Under the pieces are notes generated by a model. It saw only the letters and a list, made by a program, of their open reading frames with translations. It did not search any database and was not told where the DNA came from. The position numbers were made by a program, and so were the translations under genes. Shown one piece after another: positions 1 to 12,312 of a DNA stretch of 64,000 nt (position 1 is its first letter; every line of letters begins with the position of its first letter). The DNA lies in the NCBI GenBank assembly GCA_034780895.1, contig JAUZTB010000064.1:108159442-108223441 (forward strand), in the 5' to 3' direction. The stretch comes from Rhynchobatus australiae (lineage: Eukaryota).

Positions 1-176
1 ATGGTGGTGGAGGTGGATACAATAGGGTCTTTCAAGAGACTGTTAGATAAGTACATGGAGCTAAGTAAAATAGAGGGCTATGGGTAAGCAGAGTAATTTT
101 GTAGGGTAGGGACATGGTCGGCATAGCTTTGTGGGCTGAAGGGCCTGAATTGTGCCGTAGTTTTTCTATGTTCTAT
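1..176 (+). mobile_element. CR1-clade LINE 3' end
   Basis: ggtggaggtggatacaatagggtctttcaagagactgttagataagtacatg...tgggctgaagggcctg...ttctatgttctat tail. Confidence 0.85.
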
Positions 177-656
177 TAATTAGGATGAATTTGTTTGCCC
201 TATTGGTCCCTGCAGTAGAGAAATGCACTATAATGGTTGAAGAGAAGATCTCACCAAAATCTTCACAGGGTTATCAGAAATGCGCAACAAATCCTACCTC
301 TGCCAGTGACTCATATGTATTGGTATCATATTTAAGAAAATATTTTAGTCCTATGTCTAACCAAAATACTAAGCTAAAAGACAATTATAATAATACTTAG
401 TATAAGCAAGCTGAAATATAAGGCACAGTATCAAAAGTGGTTTAATAGAATATTTACATCAGTATTCCTATGTTTGTGGGGTAAAAATAAGAATAGCATT
501 TTTGGCAGATTTCCCACTGGCATCAGCTCCATTTCCATCAGGAAAGTGTTTTCATATTTAGCTTCGTGGGACGTGCAGGTCCTTGAATCTAAAGGAGGTT
601 TAACAGGATCCAGCAGCGCTTGGTGAAGTGGTCCTTTTCTCCAACAAGTAAATGTC

Positions 657-854
657 ACAGACGGCTGTGGAGGCCAAGTCATTGGGTATATTTAAAGCAG
701 AGGTTGATATGTTCTTGATTACTAAGGGTGTCAAAGGTTACGGGGAGAAGGCAGGAGAATGGGATTGAGAGAGAATAATAAATCGCCATTATTGATTGGC
801 GGAGCAGACTCAATGGGTCAAATGGCCTAATTCTGCTCCTATGTCTTAATGTCT
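657..854 (+). mobile_element. CR1-clade LINE 3' end (second family) in the last EDNRA intron
   Basis: gctgtggaggccaagtcattgggtatatttaaagcagaggttgata...aatggcctaattctgctcctatgtctt. Confidence 0.85.
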
Positions 855-960
855 AAATTGGTGCATGTCTTTTCTAAGCAGTCCTTCATCTCACTGTTGT
901 TTCTGCTGGAGGTGCAAATAGAAAGCTAATGTGCTCTAATGTTACCTGTGTATCTTTCAG

Positions 961-1107
961 TCCTGTTTGTGCTGCTGTTGCCAGAGTCAAGCTCTGATGA
1001 ATGTAATGCCCATGAATGACACCTCTAAACATACAAGCTTTCATTGGAAAAACCAGGAGCACAATAACCTGGCTGATCGTAGCAGCCGAAAGGACAGCAT
1101 GAACTGA
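961..1107 (+). CDS. EDNRA: Endothelin receptor type A, last coding exon (C-terminal tail)
   Basis: Preceded by the acceptor tatctttcag. Translates SCLCCCCQSQALMNVMPMNDTSKHTSFHWKNQEHNNLADRSSRKDSMN*, matching the recalled ETA C-terminus (SCLCCCC...PMN...WKN...DRSS.KDSMN). The order EDNRA-TMEM184C-PRMT9 matches human synteny. Confidence 0.95.
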   Translation, partial: SCLCCCCQSQALMNVMPMNDTSKHTSFHWKNQEHNNLADRSSRKDSMN

Positions 1108-1544
1108 AACGTGTAAGTTCTTGTCAACACTGAGAAATGAGTAGAGCTCACACCTTCCTCCATGTCTCGGACTTTAATATCACCCTCTGTGGTGGAACAG
1201 AAGACAGGATGGAAACTGACTTGGACCCATCATCTCAGACTCATTTTGGGCTCCCAAAGAACTCTGATTGTCTATTCCAAAGAGTTTGTTTCTACATCAC
1301 CATTGAACTATTTTTGTATTGAATATCATAAGAAAAAATTCAAAATCAAGTGCCATTGACCAGGGCAGATATACAGGTGGAATATTATCTTCTTGAAGTG
1401 TCTTTGGGGACCACAATAGGTTTATATCTGCAATGGAACATTGTTTAAATTGAAACTGAAACTGACATTTCACACTTTCTGTCACCAGGCTGTTGCATGC
1501 CAACATCCAAGATGAGAGACTTCTTTATACACATTCTCTGCATA

Positions 1545-1550
1545 AATAAA
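1545..1550 (+). terminator. Candidate EDNRA polyadenylation signal
   Basis: First AATAAA I found after the stop codon, ~440 nt downstream. Its use is unverified and the UTR may be longer. Confidence 0.3.
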
Positions 1551-3999
1551 ACCTCCTATTCTTGAAATTGGATCCATTAATACCTGTTTTTCTTGTGCAG
1601 AGCACAGATAAAAGCAATTTTAACCAGGCTAGAACATGCCAACAAGCATTTCCAGGTCAAATTGTGCCCATGAGGAATTTTTACTGGCACCTCCTCACAA
1701 AATTCATCCAGGCAGAGTTGGCATTTTCCTGGCATCAGGTACAGATCTAATGACATCACCAGTTGCACATGGCACATGTCCTCCTGGACAGTATAAATGG
1801 AGCTCCTGGGGAACAATCACAAAGGGATTAGGAGCACTGCAGAGGGATCAACAATGAGATGTCAATTAATAGGTCTGTATTTTAATATCGATATCTTACA
1901 CATAACATCTACTGGCCTCAGAGATCAATGTTCAAGGTACAACACTGCTTGCCCCATCACTAACTATACCCTCATTGTACATTTTACAACTACCTATTAC
2001 AATCACTGGCCCCTAGATTATTCTACACTCAGAGTGGCACTATTTGTGACACATGACTCAGTCANNNNNNNNNNNNNNNNNNNNNNNNNNNNNNNNNNNN
2101 NNNNNNNNNNNNNNNNNNNNNNNNNNNNNNNNNNNNNNNNNNNNNNNNNNNNNNNNNNNNNNNNNNNNNNNNNNNNNNNNNNNNNNNNNNNNNNNNNNNN
2201 NNNNNNNNNNNNNNNNNNNNNNNNNNNNNNNNNNNNNNNNNNNNNNNNNNNNNNNNNNNNNNNNNNNNNNNNNNNNNNNNNNNNNNNNNNNNNNNNNNNN
2301 NNNNNNNNNNNNNNNNNNNNNNNNNNNNNNNNNNNNNNNNNNNNNNNNNNNNNNNNNNNNNNNNNNNNNNNNNNNNNNNNNNNNNNNNNNNNNNNNNNNN
2401 NNNNNNNNNNNNNNNNNNNNNNNNNNNNNNNNNNNNNNNNNNNNNNNNNNNNNNNNNNNNNNNNNNNNNNNNNNNNNNNNNNNNNNNNNNNNNNNNNNNN
2501 NNNNNNNNNNNNNNNNNNNNNNNNNNNNNNNNNNNNNNNNNNNNNNNNNNNNNNNNNNNNNNNNNNNNNNNNNNNNNNNNNNNNNNNNNNNNNNNNNNNN
2601 NNNNNNNNNNNNTTGTGATCATTATATATTGTTTAAATGGGTATAATTATTGTCAGCTTCTAACAATGTTCATGGATGTGCATATGGATATAAAGAATTC
2701 ATCGGTAGCATTATCAAAAAACCAAATTCCCACATCAAAGCTTTTTAAATTATTTAAATCACAGGATCTGAATGCAACAAAATATGTCTCAGATGAGTTC
2801 AGACTTATTGGTGTTTGTAACAAATTCTGCAGCTCTCACACAATACAGTTCAAACAAGAATGGTTCCTAATTTCTCTAATTTCATTTAAATACTGTTTGA
2901 GTACTTAATGCAACATGCCAGACAAATACACTACAAAAGCTACTTCTAAACATTTTATATGCCATCTGCAACCAATTAATTCTTGCATTTGTTTTCCAGA
3001 TGTTGAGTAGAGTACATCTGACGTATTTTATAATGTCAAGCAACAAATTGTGTGACGGTGATGGATCACATCACAGAGAAGTTCACCTTTCTATATATTA
3101 TGTCTTTGAATTTCAGCCACTGATCTTAGATAAGATCAGTGTTGATAGTTTTACAATGTTCTACAACTATTATATACTACAAAATTAAAATATTTGTTTT
3201 ACATTTGATTTTCCATTAAATGTGAGATGGATGCACTTGCCCTTGATAATGATGTTTTGTGTAAGGCATAGCAGTTTGTATTTTCCCATTTTTATATGCA
3301 ATATTCAGTGGTGTAAGCTGTATTATTTTCAACCCATTCACTACAAATAGTGGACATCTCACTAATGCTTTTATGCATTAGTGAGATGTCTGCAAAACCC
3401 AAGCTTCCACGCTCTCTCATACTGATCCAGAAGTTGGTGGGCAACAGGACAACTCTCCTCAACAATCAGTGCTGAAAGGAATTGGCAATTTCTTCAGCTT
3501 CTGATTGTTTGACACAGACAGCTGCTGGAAATATGGATCTTGGCTGAAGTGCCATTCAACCCTTCTGCATTGCCTGATAACATGCAAGATAAATGTTCTC
3601 TGTGGGATAGTGCTAATGAGCTGACACATTGCTGCCCAAACTCCCATAATCCCTGGAGTTTAATACATACTTTCCCAGAGATGGCTGGGAATTAATTAGA
3701 TTAGATTATTAGTTAGGTGGCTAGATTTCACCTGTTTTTGGTGTGCTAAAACATTATTGTGTTGTGTTAGCCCCAAAGTGTGTCCCCCTCAGAAACTTGT
3801 GTAGTTGGCCAAAATCTAGTGTGAAACAGCTTTAGGGTGGTTTACACTAAAAAGCAAGCACTAAAATGGAATCTGTGCAATTTCTGACGGGGAGCTTGTT
3901 TGATTTAGTGCACCTGCCAATACGTTGCTGCACATTAACCAGAGAAGGGTGTCAGCCCATAAAGGCCCACTCCCCATGGCAGCCAAGTAGCAGCAACAC

Positions 4000-4230
4000 T
4001 CCTTATGGAGGAGAGAGAAGTTGCGGCAAGAGGGAGAGAGTTTCCACATTAAATCCAGGTTAATGAGATACAAGCCTAAAGGGACGGTCTGTGCCTCAGA
4101 GAACCAGAATACCTACTAGAGTCACTGTAAAAGCCAAGCAAGAGTTGGCTGCAGTTGCCTCCCCCTGGAGTGAGAATACCTGCATGGTGGAGCAATGAAG
4201 AAAGAAATCTTACATCCTCACAAGGTATTT
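4000..4230 (+). mobile_element. Fossil Harbinger Myb/SANT-like (trihelix) gene fragment
   Basis: QELAAVA and EQ*RKKSYILTR resemble the W.EVA...QCRKKFNDL.R motif of Harbinger DNA-binding proteins. It faces the transposase tail-to-tail. Confidence 0.5.
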
Positions 4231-4829
4231 TGTGGTTACTTGAACAATGCTTTTTACTCCTTCAGAGTGGAGATCCCTGGGTATACTTCATACAGAATTC
4301 TAAGTTCTTTAAATGAGGTAGCTCCTGTCATGAAATGTAGAGACGATGTAGCAAGCCAGTTAAATAATTAGAGTATAGATTCATTTAATCGCGTGTTGTT
4401 ATCAGTGCAGTGTATTTGGATAGCAAGATGTGAGGGACTGTTATATATCATTTTGGCTCCCCTGCATGATTATTGATGCACAGNNNNNNNNNNNNNNNNN
4501 NNNNNNNNNNNNNNNNNNNNNNNNNNNNNNNNNNNNNNNNNNNNNNNNNNNNNNNNNNNNNNNNNNNNNNNNNNNNNNNNNNNNNNNNNNNNNNNNNNNN
4601 NNNNNNNNNNNNNNNNNNNNNNNNNNNNNNNNNNNNNNNNNNNNGCTGCCCAGTCAGATACTCCCCCATGTCAACACAGTGTCCGTCCTCTGTTCAGCTG
4701 GGAAATGAAGCCATGGAAGCTGAGTGGAAGCATCCCCCACAGCAGCATTCCTCTTCCTACTGTTACTCTAGTTCCTTCTACCCTGTGGCCTTTAACCTCT
4801 AGGTCTCCATGCTGCTCTTCCTCTGGAAC

Positions 4830-5640
4830 CATCTGTGTGCAGCATGTGACAATGAAGCCTCCAGATCTGCTCGGAATGTACTGCAGGATATCCCTGGACT
4901 GAAACAGTCGCTAAAGTCTTACTCTGTGGAGATTAAAGGGATTTTTCTCTACTATCCTGATACTTGCAGGGCTCTCATTGTGTCCTTGCTCAGCCCTGGT
5001 AGTTAGAGAGTACACTGGGGTGAGCACTCAGATGAGTAGGGAGTCGTTCTGTCCCAGGATTCATCTCTCCGGGTAGCACTGGCCTCTGAAAATGTCCGGC
5101 AGCCCAGGCTCCTTGGGATAAAGGAGTAATGTGCTTCCTCGAAACATGGCAAGCACCATGAGAAAATTCTTATCGTGATCCACACTGAGTGAATGGAAAG
5201 CTTTCCTGTTGATGAAAAAGCCCTGGTTCCCTAGGGGTTCAGATTCCCTCTGGGCTCAGAAGTAAGTCAGTGGTTGCCTGCACTTGTGGGAAGCCAGCAT
5301 TGCTGGAAAATCCTAGTGCCTGAGACACCACCTACTTTTCACTGAAATCAATGCAGATGAAATCATTTCTTCCTGAATGGGCGGATAATCTGATGCTGCA
5401 GTAAACAAGCAGAGATCTGCTGCAGCCAGTTGGAAAGATCCCGTGGTGAGGAACTTGAAAGTCGAGGTGACCTTGACCTCCACAGTGAGAGCAGTCCAGT
5501 CATGGGAGCATGGCCACTGCATGTCACATGTCTCAGTGATGTCAAACCTGAGCCTACAAATACATCGTTCATCAGAGAGGTCCAGGTCAGATCTATCTGT
5601 GAAGACTCAATGAAAGTAGGCTCTTCACTGATGAGCACAT
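4830..5640 (-). mobile_element. Fossil PIF/Harbinger (HARBI1-like) DDE transposase
   Basis: Minus-strand fragments in the expected order, across frameshifts: DLSDERCICRLRF; ALTVEVKVTSTFKFLTTGSFQ..AADLC; FINRKAFHSL; DH...FRGS; *ILG...VLTPV; TRAEQGHNES; LQYIPS...FIVTCC. Confidence 0.8.
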
Positions 5641-8029
5641 TTTAGCCTCCTGCCCCTTAGGACTGACCCACCCTCACAAGCTGACTGTAGCCATTACAAT
5701 GAAGCACTGTCAGTGATGCACTAGGGAAGCACTCATTGAATGAGGATCTCAGCAGCCTAATACTGGAGAAAGAACAGTCCTTGTCAGTATAAGCATACTC
5801 TGCAAACTTAGGAAGGTGCTTGAGCGGTCTTCAGTGAGCTCTGAGGCTGCTCATTCAGATCTCACTACATTAGCAGAATATTCCTCAAAATAGAAAAGCA
5901 ATGCAGGAGTGTGGTGTGCTCCAACTTCAACTGGGACTGTTTCATTCAGGTCAAAGTGTGGATCATCAGCACCGATTTAAGTTGCTGTGAAAAGAAATGA
6001 CATAGCATGAACAATGGCATCATTTGGTGCTTACCAACGACCAGATAAAGGCCAGGAGCATCATGGTTCTGAGTACTGGCCCTCGATTTGGCTCCTTAGA
6101 TGCCTTGTTGTACAGCACATGGATTCCATGCTGGACNNNNNNNNNNNNNNNNNNNNNNNNNNNNNNNNNNNNNNNNNNNNNNNNNNNNNNNNNNNNNNNN
6201 NNNNNNNNNNNNNNNNNNNNNNNNNNNNNNNNNNNNTTGTGACAAGGAGCATTAATGTAGCTCATGCACAGAAGTCACCATTTTCTCCATCGGTGTGATT
6301 TCACCCAGAAATAATTGCAAGTGTGATCTATTCTGGGTAAGAGTGAATTTTACATGATTAAGTGCCTAAAAAAATATAGCCACCACACATCCCAATTTTT
6401 GATCTAGGCAAGATCCAAAAATGGCAATAGCAATAAGCATCAAATTTTAATTAAATGTAATTCTGCCTCTGTCCTTGAGTCCAAGTATAAAAAAAGCACT
6501 GAGGAAATGGAGTACATTGGCAGGGTACAGCATGGCTCATGGCCAGAGATGTTGTTGAAATATTTTAACTAACTGGGTCCTTCTGCCTCCATGTGACAAT
6601 GTAAATAAGCAAATGTAAATAGACAGCCTGTTGTGCATCATTCTCTGTTTTTATTTCATGAGGGAAGGAGAAATCTATGCGCCTTATTGAGGAGTCCTCT
6701 TGGGGCATAGAAACCCTAAAGACTGGCATTCCCATGGCAGTAATTTAGTGTTCAAAATAGAAAGGAAAGGTCCTGTTTCACAGAATTTTGTGCCACAGCC
6801 CATGGACGCTTGAAGAACAACTGATGTTATTTGAGCAGATGTGATATTGGGACTCCCCTGCTTGATATTATTTCTCCTTGTCTGTGGGACTCTCTTGCAT
6901 TAGCCACACAAGTCAAAAGAGAATTCATCATAGGAATGCTTCACACTGGGGTAGAGCTGTCTGCCTTGCTCAACATTACCTGGTCTAAGAAAAGAACCGA
7001 CCCCTAGTAGTCCTCAAAAGGCCAACACCAAAACTCCATAGTGACATGGAGCCAAGAGGAGCAGGTGGACTCCACCTGGTCCTACATCCCACATCTCTGT
7101 TGTGTGTTACTGTCAAACCGTTGTCAGCCCACATTCCCTTTTCTCCTCCTTCCTTCCAAGGCCACTGCTCACAAGATAAAACTGCCAGAAAAAAAGACAG
7201 CTGAAAATTACACTTGGCCACATAGGGTGAACTGTCCTTGGATGTCTGGCAGAATGTGTTCTGAGTGTTACACAGAAGCTTGTGGATAGCTTTAAGACAT
7301 CCCTTGAGCCTCCCATCATGGGTTAGCACTGAAGATGTTCGATCACAATAAGTTAGCCCCCTTCTTCTTGCCCTGAGCTCTTCTCCTCACCAAAATGGCA
7401 GGCATGTAAACCACTTTAAATTGACATATTGTAATTTCACCAACACCACCCCCCCCCCCACTGTACAGTGTTTTGCACAACAATCTAACTAACCTCAGGA
7501 ATTTATTATGGGGAGAATATTTAACATTTTCAGCAGAGACTCAGTTAAGCATTGTGCAGTTTGTTTATTCCCCTGGGTACATGTTTTCACACTAATCACA
7601 GAATATCAGCTGAGACTTTTATTTGAACATGAAGCCAAAGCATGCATATCAAAGTATTAATAAAAAACAAAAGCACTTCAGGTCCTGATTGTGCCAGTTA
7701 TTCCCAAGCGAGAATACCAGGGCAAGTGTTCAGTTTAAATATAATTACACAATTTTCCATTGTTAATTGAACTTTGAAAAATTAATATCATGTATTTGTA
7801 TTTCTTTATTATATAGCACAATGATATAGTGAGGTTTTTTGGCATGACAATGCTGCCCTGCTCTTCTAAAGGAATTTAAGTAATGAAGCAACATAGTCTT
7901 GAGCTCTGGGGCTGAGTTATATTGGGGAGTGCAGTGTCTTGATTGTTAGTTAGGTTCCCATCTTCCAACATTCAGTTAATCCAAAAATACTGCAGCACAA
8001 ATCTTAGCTCCCTTCTATCCATCTGTCAC

Positions 8030-8290
8030 CATTCTACTTGCTGACTACTCCTGCCCCCAGGATAACTATGTCTCAGTTTTAGAGCTTCACCCCTTGCCCC
8101 TTCTATTTTTGTAAATTTCTACAGCCCCTCAGCAACTGCTTTCCTCCAATTCCACCTTCTCGTATGCGCCCCATCCCACCCCACCAATTTCATTTAACCC
8201 ACCGGTGTAGGCCATGCTGGATTACTCTTCCCTCCACCTCTGTGTTTGCCTTTTTACCACTTCTTTAAACTTACCTCCTTGATCAAGCTG
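8030..8290 (+). mobile_element. L2-clade LINE 3' fragment
   Basis: ctacagcccctc...ttcctccaattc...cttctttaaacttacctccttgatcaagc. Confidence 0.5.
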
Positions 8291-9199
8291 NNNNNNNNNN
8301 NNNNNNNNNNNNNNNNNNNNNNNNNNNNNNNNNNNNNNNNNNNNNNNNNNNNNNNNNNNNNNNNNNNNNNNNNNNNNNNNNNNNNNNNNNNNNNNNNNNN
8401 NNNNNNNNNNNNNNNNNNNNNNNNNNNNNNNNNNNNNNNNNNNNNNNNNNNNNNNNNNNNNNNNNNNNNNNNNNNNNNNNNNNNNNNNNNNNNNNNNNNN
8501 NNNNNNNNNNNNNNNNNNNNNNNNNNNNNNNNNNNNNNNNNNNNNNTAAGAACTACTCAAATTCATGAAGCAATCAAATGCATTCAGATTGCCTTAACAG
8601 AGTCTCAAAATGTATTCAGTTTGTCTTCACAGAGGGTAGCTTTTGTCAGAAACAAGATTGACAAGGTCTGACTGATTGTGCACATAGACTGAAGTAACAC
8701 TGTTAAAGGAGGGCATGCTCAAGGCAATAGACTTGCACTTGGCAAACATTTTCTCGCTGTCTGCTGTAAATGGTACCAAAATAACTACTCACATGTCTGC
8801 AAATGGGAAAACGGGAATAAATGACTCTTGAGGTTCTATGTCATAGTGTAGGCAAAAGCTTTCTTATGTGTTATGCAGGATGCAATAATGGTGGAAGATA
8901 TGGTAAATGATTCAGTATCCCTAAGATTGTAGTTGACAAATTTTGGCTTGTAGATGAGATGAGATGATTGGCACAGTCAAATGACCCTTGAAAGAAATTC
9001 ATTTTATCTTCAGTTGCCATCTTGGTGCAAAAGCATGATAACTTTTACTCAGACTGGTGCACCTTAATGAAAGCATCCAACGCAACGTCACACAGCTGCC
9101 AGCAGTTAGCTGTGCAGCTACAACTGGAGATTCCAGCCCTTAAAGAGGCCCATGCAACTCACAAACACAGAGCCGCTGCAACTTGTTAAACTTTTTTTT

Positions 9200-9460
9200 T
9201 GTGAAAGTTGACACAGAGAGATAGCAGGGATTTAGCCCCACAGATTCACAGATGGAGTTTTTAAAATTTTAGGAAGGAAATCCACTCAGGGAAAGATACT
9301 CGTTGTGCCACATGGTTCAGGAGACTGTGTAGCACAACAGCCCAGCAAGCCTACCAGGAGAAGGTGGCAGATTTCATCTCCAGAACCGACGCACACTGAA
9401 CCATGGAGTAATGTTGGAAGAAATCTCAAGCCCTCACAAGACAAGTTAAAGTGAAACCTC
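9200..9460 (+). mobile_element. Harbinger Myb/SANT-like remnant
   Basis: AP.RFTD-like start (gccccacagattcacagat) and TME*CWKKSQALTRQVKV end. Confidence 0.5.
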
Positions 9461-11749
9461 CAGACCCAACCTTAGTTACTGACATGTGCACCCTTATCCT
9501 GCCACACCCTCAGGTAACAGCTTTTCCTCCCCCACAATCCCTCAAAGACAGTCAGTAACACCTCTCCCTTGTTCCCCCAACATCACAATGTCACTCTCCA
9601 TCCTTCCCTGCCCTCGCTCCATACTCTTTGACTGCCAGACAGCCACACACATACTCTACCAGCAGGATTGTTCAGTATTGGACAGGAGTGAAATNNNNNN
9701 NNNNNNNNNNNNNNNNNNNNNNNNNNNNNNNNNNNNNNNNNNNNNNNNNNNNNNNNNNNNNNNNNNNNNNNNNNNNNNNNNNNNNNNNNNNNNNAGACAG
9801 CTACACACATACTCTACCTCCCTCCCTCCCCCCTCCCCTATGCTTGCTGACAGCCAGAGAGTGATGCATTTATTCATTAACTAAGAGCTCTACTTTGCTA
9901 ATTTAGCTGTTTGCCTTTTAAGCCAAGAAAAAGTGCAACTGCCTCCTGTCACAGAGTGAGACTCTGACAGACTCAAAGACCAACCAGTCTGGATGAGAGG
10001 GTCGTCCTCTTCAAGGGATCTGGACAGCTGCACTCAGTGCCCAAGGTCAGCAGAGTAGGTTCAGGATCTCGGCAGTACGCAAGTATCTTACGATTCTTCA
10101 ACTTCACTCCCTCTCACTAAAATCACAGCCAGGTTTAAAACATGAGCTGGGCGTTTTCTACCAAGGAGCCTTGCATGCAGTATTGCAAGGTCCTTGTCAT
10201 GGGGGGTCAACATGGGGAGCCTATTCTTTAAGCGTCCAAGTTGGATATCTAAACCAAGAGCTACATCCTTTGAATATGTTGATGAAGGGCTTAATGTTTC
10301 AATAAGATTACAAAATTAGTCATTGGTTAGTGGGGAAGACATTGTTCCCACATCACTGAGACATTTTCTGCGGTTCAATATGGCCACCAATAATAGACAA
10401 GTGCTAATTTAAATATAAATTTTAAAATCACCTCTTTGTGGAGTCAGGAGGAACAAGAGTACTTCCTACAGCACCAGGTGATCCCCAAATCCCAGCCCCC
10501 CTCCCAAAACATAATCACTGATAGTGAGGCAGGTGACCCACAGTTTGTTTTTGTGACCACAGCTGGTCACAAACCAGCTGCCTGGTAGATCTCCAAGTAT
10601 ACCTACATACACGAGGTCTGAGATCTAATATCTGAGTGACCTTTGGATGGAAGATGCCCAGGACTGGGCTCAGATAACAAACTAATTTCTGTTTAACTCT
10701 CTTTTTACTGATGTCTGGTAAGGGTTAAAAGTTAGCCAAGATATGAGAACCTACTCTTCCTTATACAGTGCCATGCAAGGTATGTATCTCAAATGCAGTA
10801 GAGCAGGGGAGGGGCATAAAGGAAATAAAAGATTGGCATTTCTGTAGCACTTGTCAGATCACTTTCAGGTTGTCTTGAAGCACTGTGCATTCAATGAAAT
10901 ACTACTATAGTTGCTATAGTTACGTCACTATCTTTCACTGTGGCAAAAGTACTGTGGAAATTCCAGGTCAATGGCAGGGATTCCGGAGAAGCACCAAATT
11001 TATTGCAGTCTTTCTGTAAACATGTCATGTAGACTTCCCCAAAAAACTAACAAAAGATCTAATGTCTCCTGTAAGTTCCTACAAAGGAGCTGAATGAATT
11101 TCTGACTCTGAGATACTCCATTAACATCAACATAAGCTTCAAGTTTTGCAACGAGTCACAAATATCAACTTGAACAAAAAAATCCTCATACTCATCTGTA
11201 AACCAAGGTTGTTTTTATACACATGGTAAACAAACCAAACTGCTCAATGCAATCAACATCATGTAAACTCCCATCACGGGGCCTTGTTTAATTGCGGATC
11301 CAGCCAGCAGCAGAGCATTGAGTACAGGCTGTGGGTTTTCTCTTGCGTATCTGTCTCGCCCATCTTCTCATTTCCAGTTTCCTTTCTGCACATCCTATGT
11401 TTCCTCATTTCTCCCAGGGGTCTTCTTTGTACTTTTACTCACATCCTAATCAACAGTTTCATCAACTGAAAATAAATCACATCCCCACAGTACCCGGGAG
11501 TCATGTTTACATGGTGCAGGAGGGGTTCCCTGGGTTAGCCAATTTGAAAGATCTTTGGAACAGGACAATGCAAATACCATTTAAAAGAAGTTCCAAGCTA
11601 TTGCAGAGCATGGAAATGCAGCTGTGCCCTTTAAAAATATGGTACAGCATGCACACTTCAGCAGCAGACTCAGATGCAAACGGTATGAATGGAGCAGTGC
11701 TTTGCTCATTCACTTGGCTCAGTGCATGTCTTACATTCACATCATTCAA

Positions 11750-11960
11750 GCACCAAAGACCTCATGATTTTGCAGACTTGAACTGCAAACTCTCTTGAAG
11801 GAAACCGAGATCAAGAGTACAGAATGGTGGCTCATCATACCGGCTAGACTACAAAGATTCACTCTAATCACCTGGAAGGAAGTGGAACGTGCAAACTTAC
11901 CCCTCCATGACAGCTACCTGTACTACAAGAAGTTCAATGACCTTGATTGTAAAGTAATAT
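11750..11960 (+). mobile_element. Harbinger Myb/SANT-like remnant
   Basis: ORF 11795-11989 contains TWKEV...KKFNDL..KV. Confidence 0.55.
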
Positions 11961-12013
11961 ATTGCATCTCTCTCTTACTTGTACTTTAATGCACTCTTTA
12001 TCTTCTTAGAGCC

Positions 12014-12312
12014 ATAGTCATAGGAAGGTATAGAATAGAAACAGGCCCTTCTGCCCATCAAGTCCATACCGACCATCAAGCACCCATCTTTTACATGAAT
12101 CCTACCCTAACAGTCCCATTCTCCCCACATTCCTATCAACACCTCCCAGATTCTACCACTGACAGAGACACGAGGGACAATTAACAGTGGCCAATTAACC
12201 TACCATCCCGCAGTGGGAGGAAACCAGAGTGCCTGAGGGAAACTCAGAATTTGCAAACTCCACACAGACAGCACCAGAGGTCAGGATTGAAGCAGGGCTG
12301 CTGAAGCTGTGA
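12014..12312 (-). mobile_element. V-SINE (HE1-like, tRNA-derived with CR1-type tail)
   Basis: Reverse V-core (gtgggaggaaaccagag...gcaaactccacacagacagcacc), B-box-like gtcaggattgaa, and tail aacaggcccttctgccca. Confidence 0.85.

Noticed and set aside
1797-2646. Long ORFs spanning N runs (also at ~8.2, 15.3, 43.3 and 45.2 kb)
   Set aside because: They are open only because N codons contain no stops.
9637-9818. 24-bp near-identical repeat around a 100-N gap
   Set aside because: Cannot distinguish a collapsed tandem repeat from a contig overlap.
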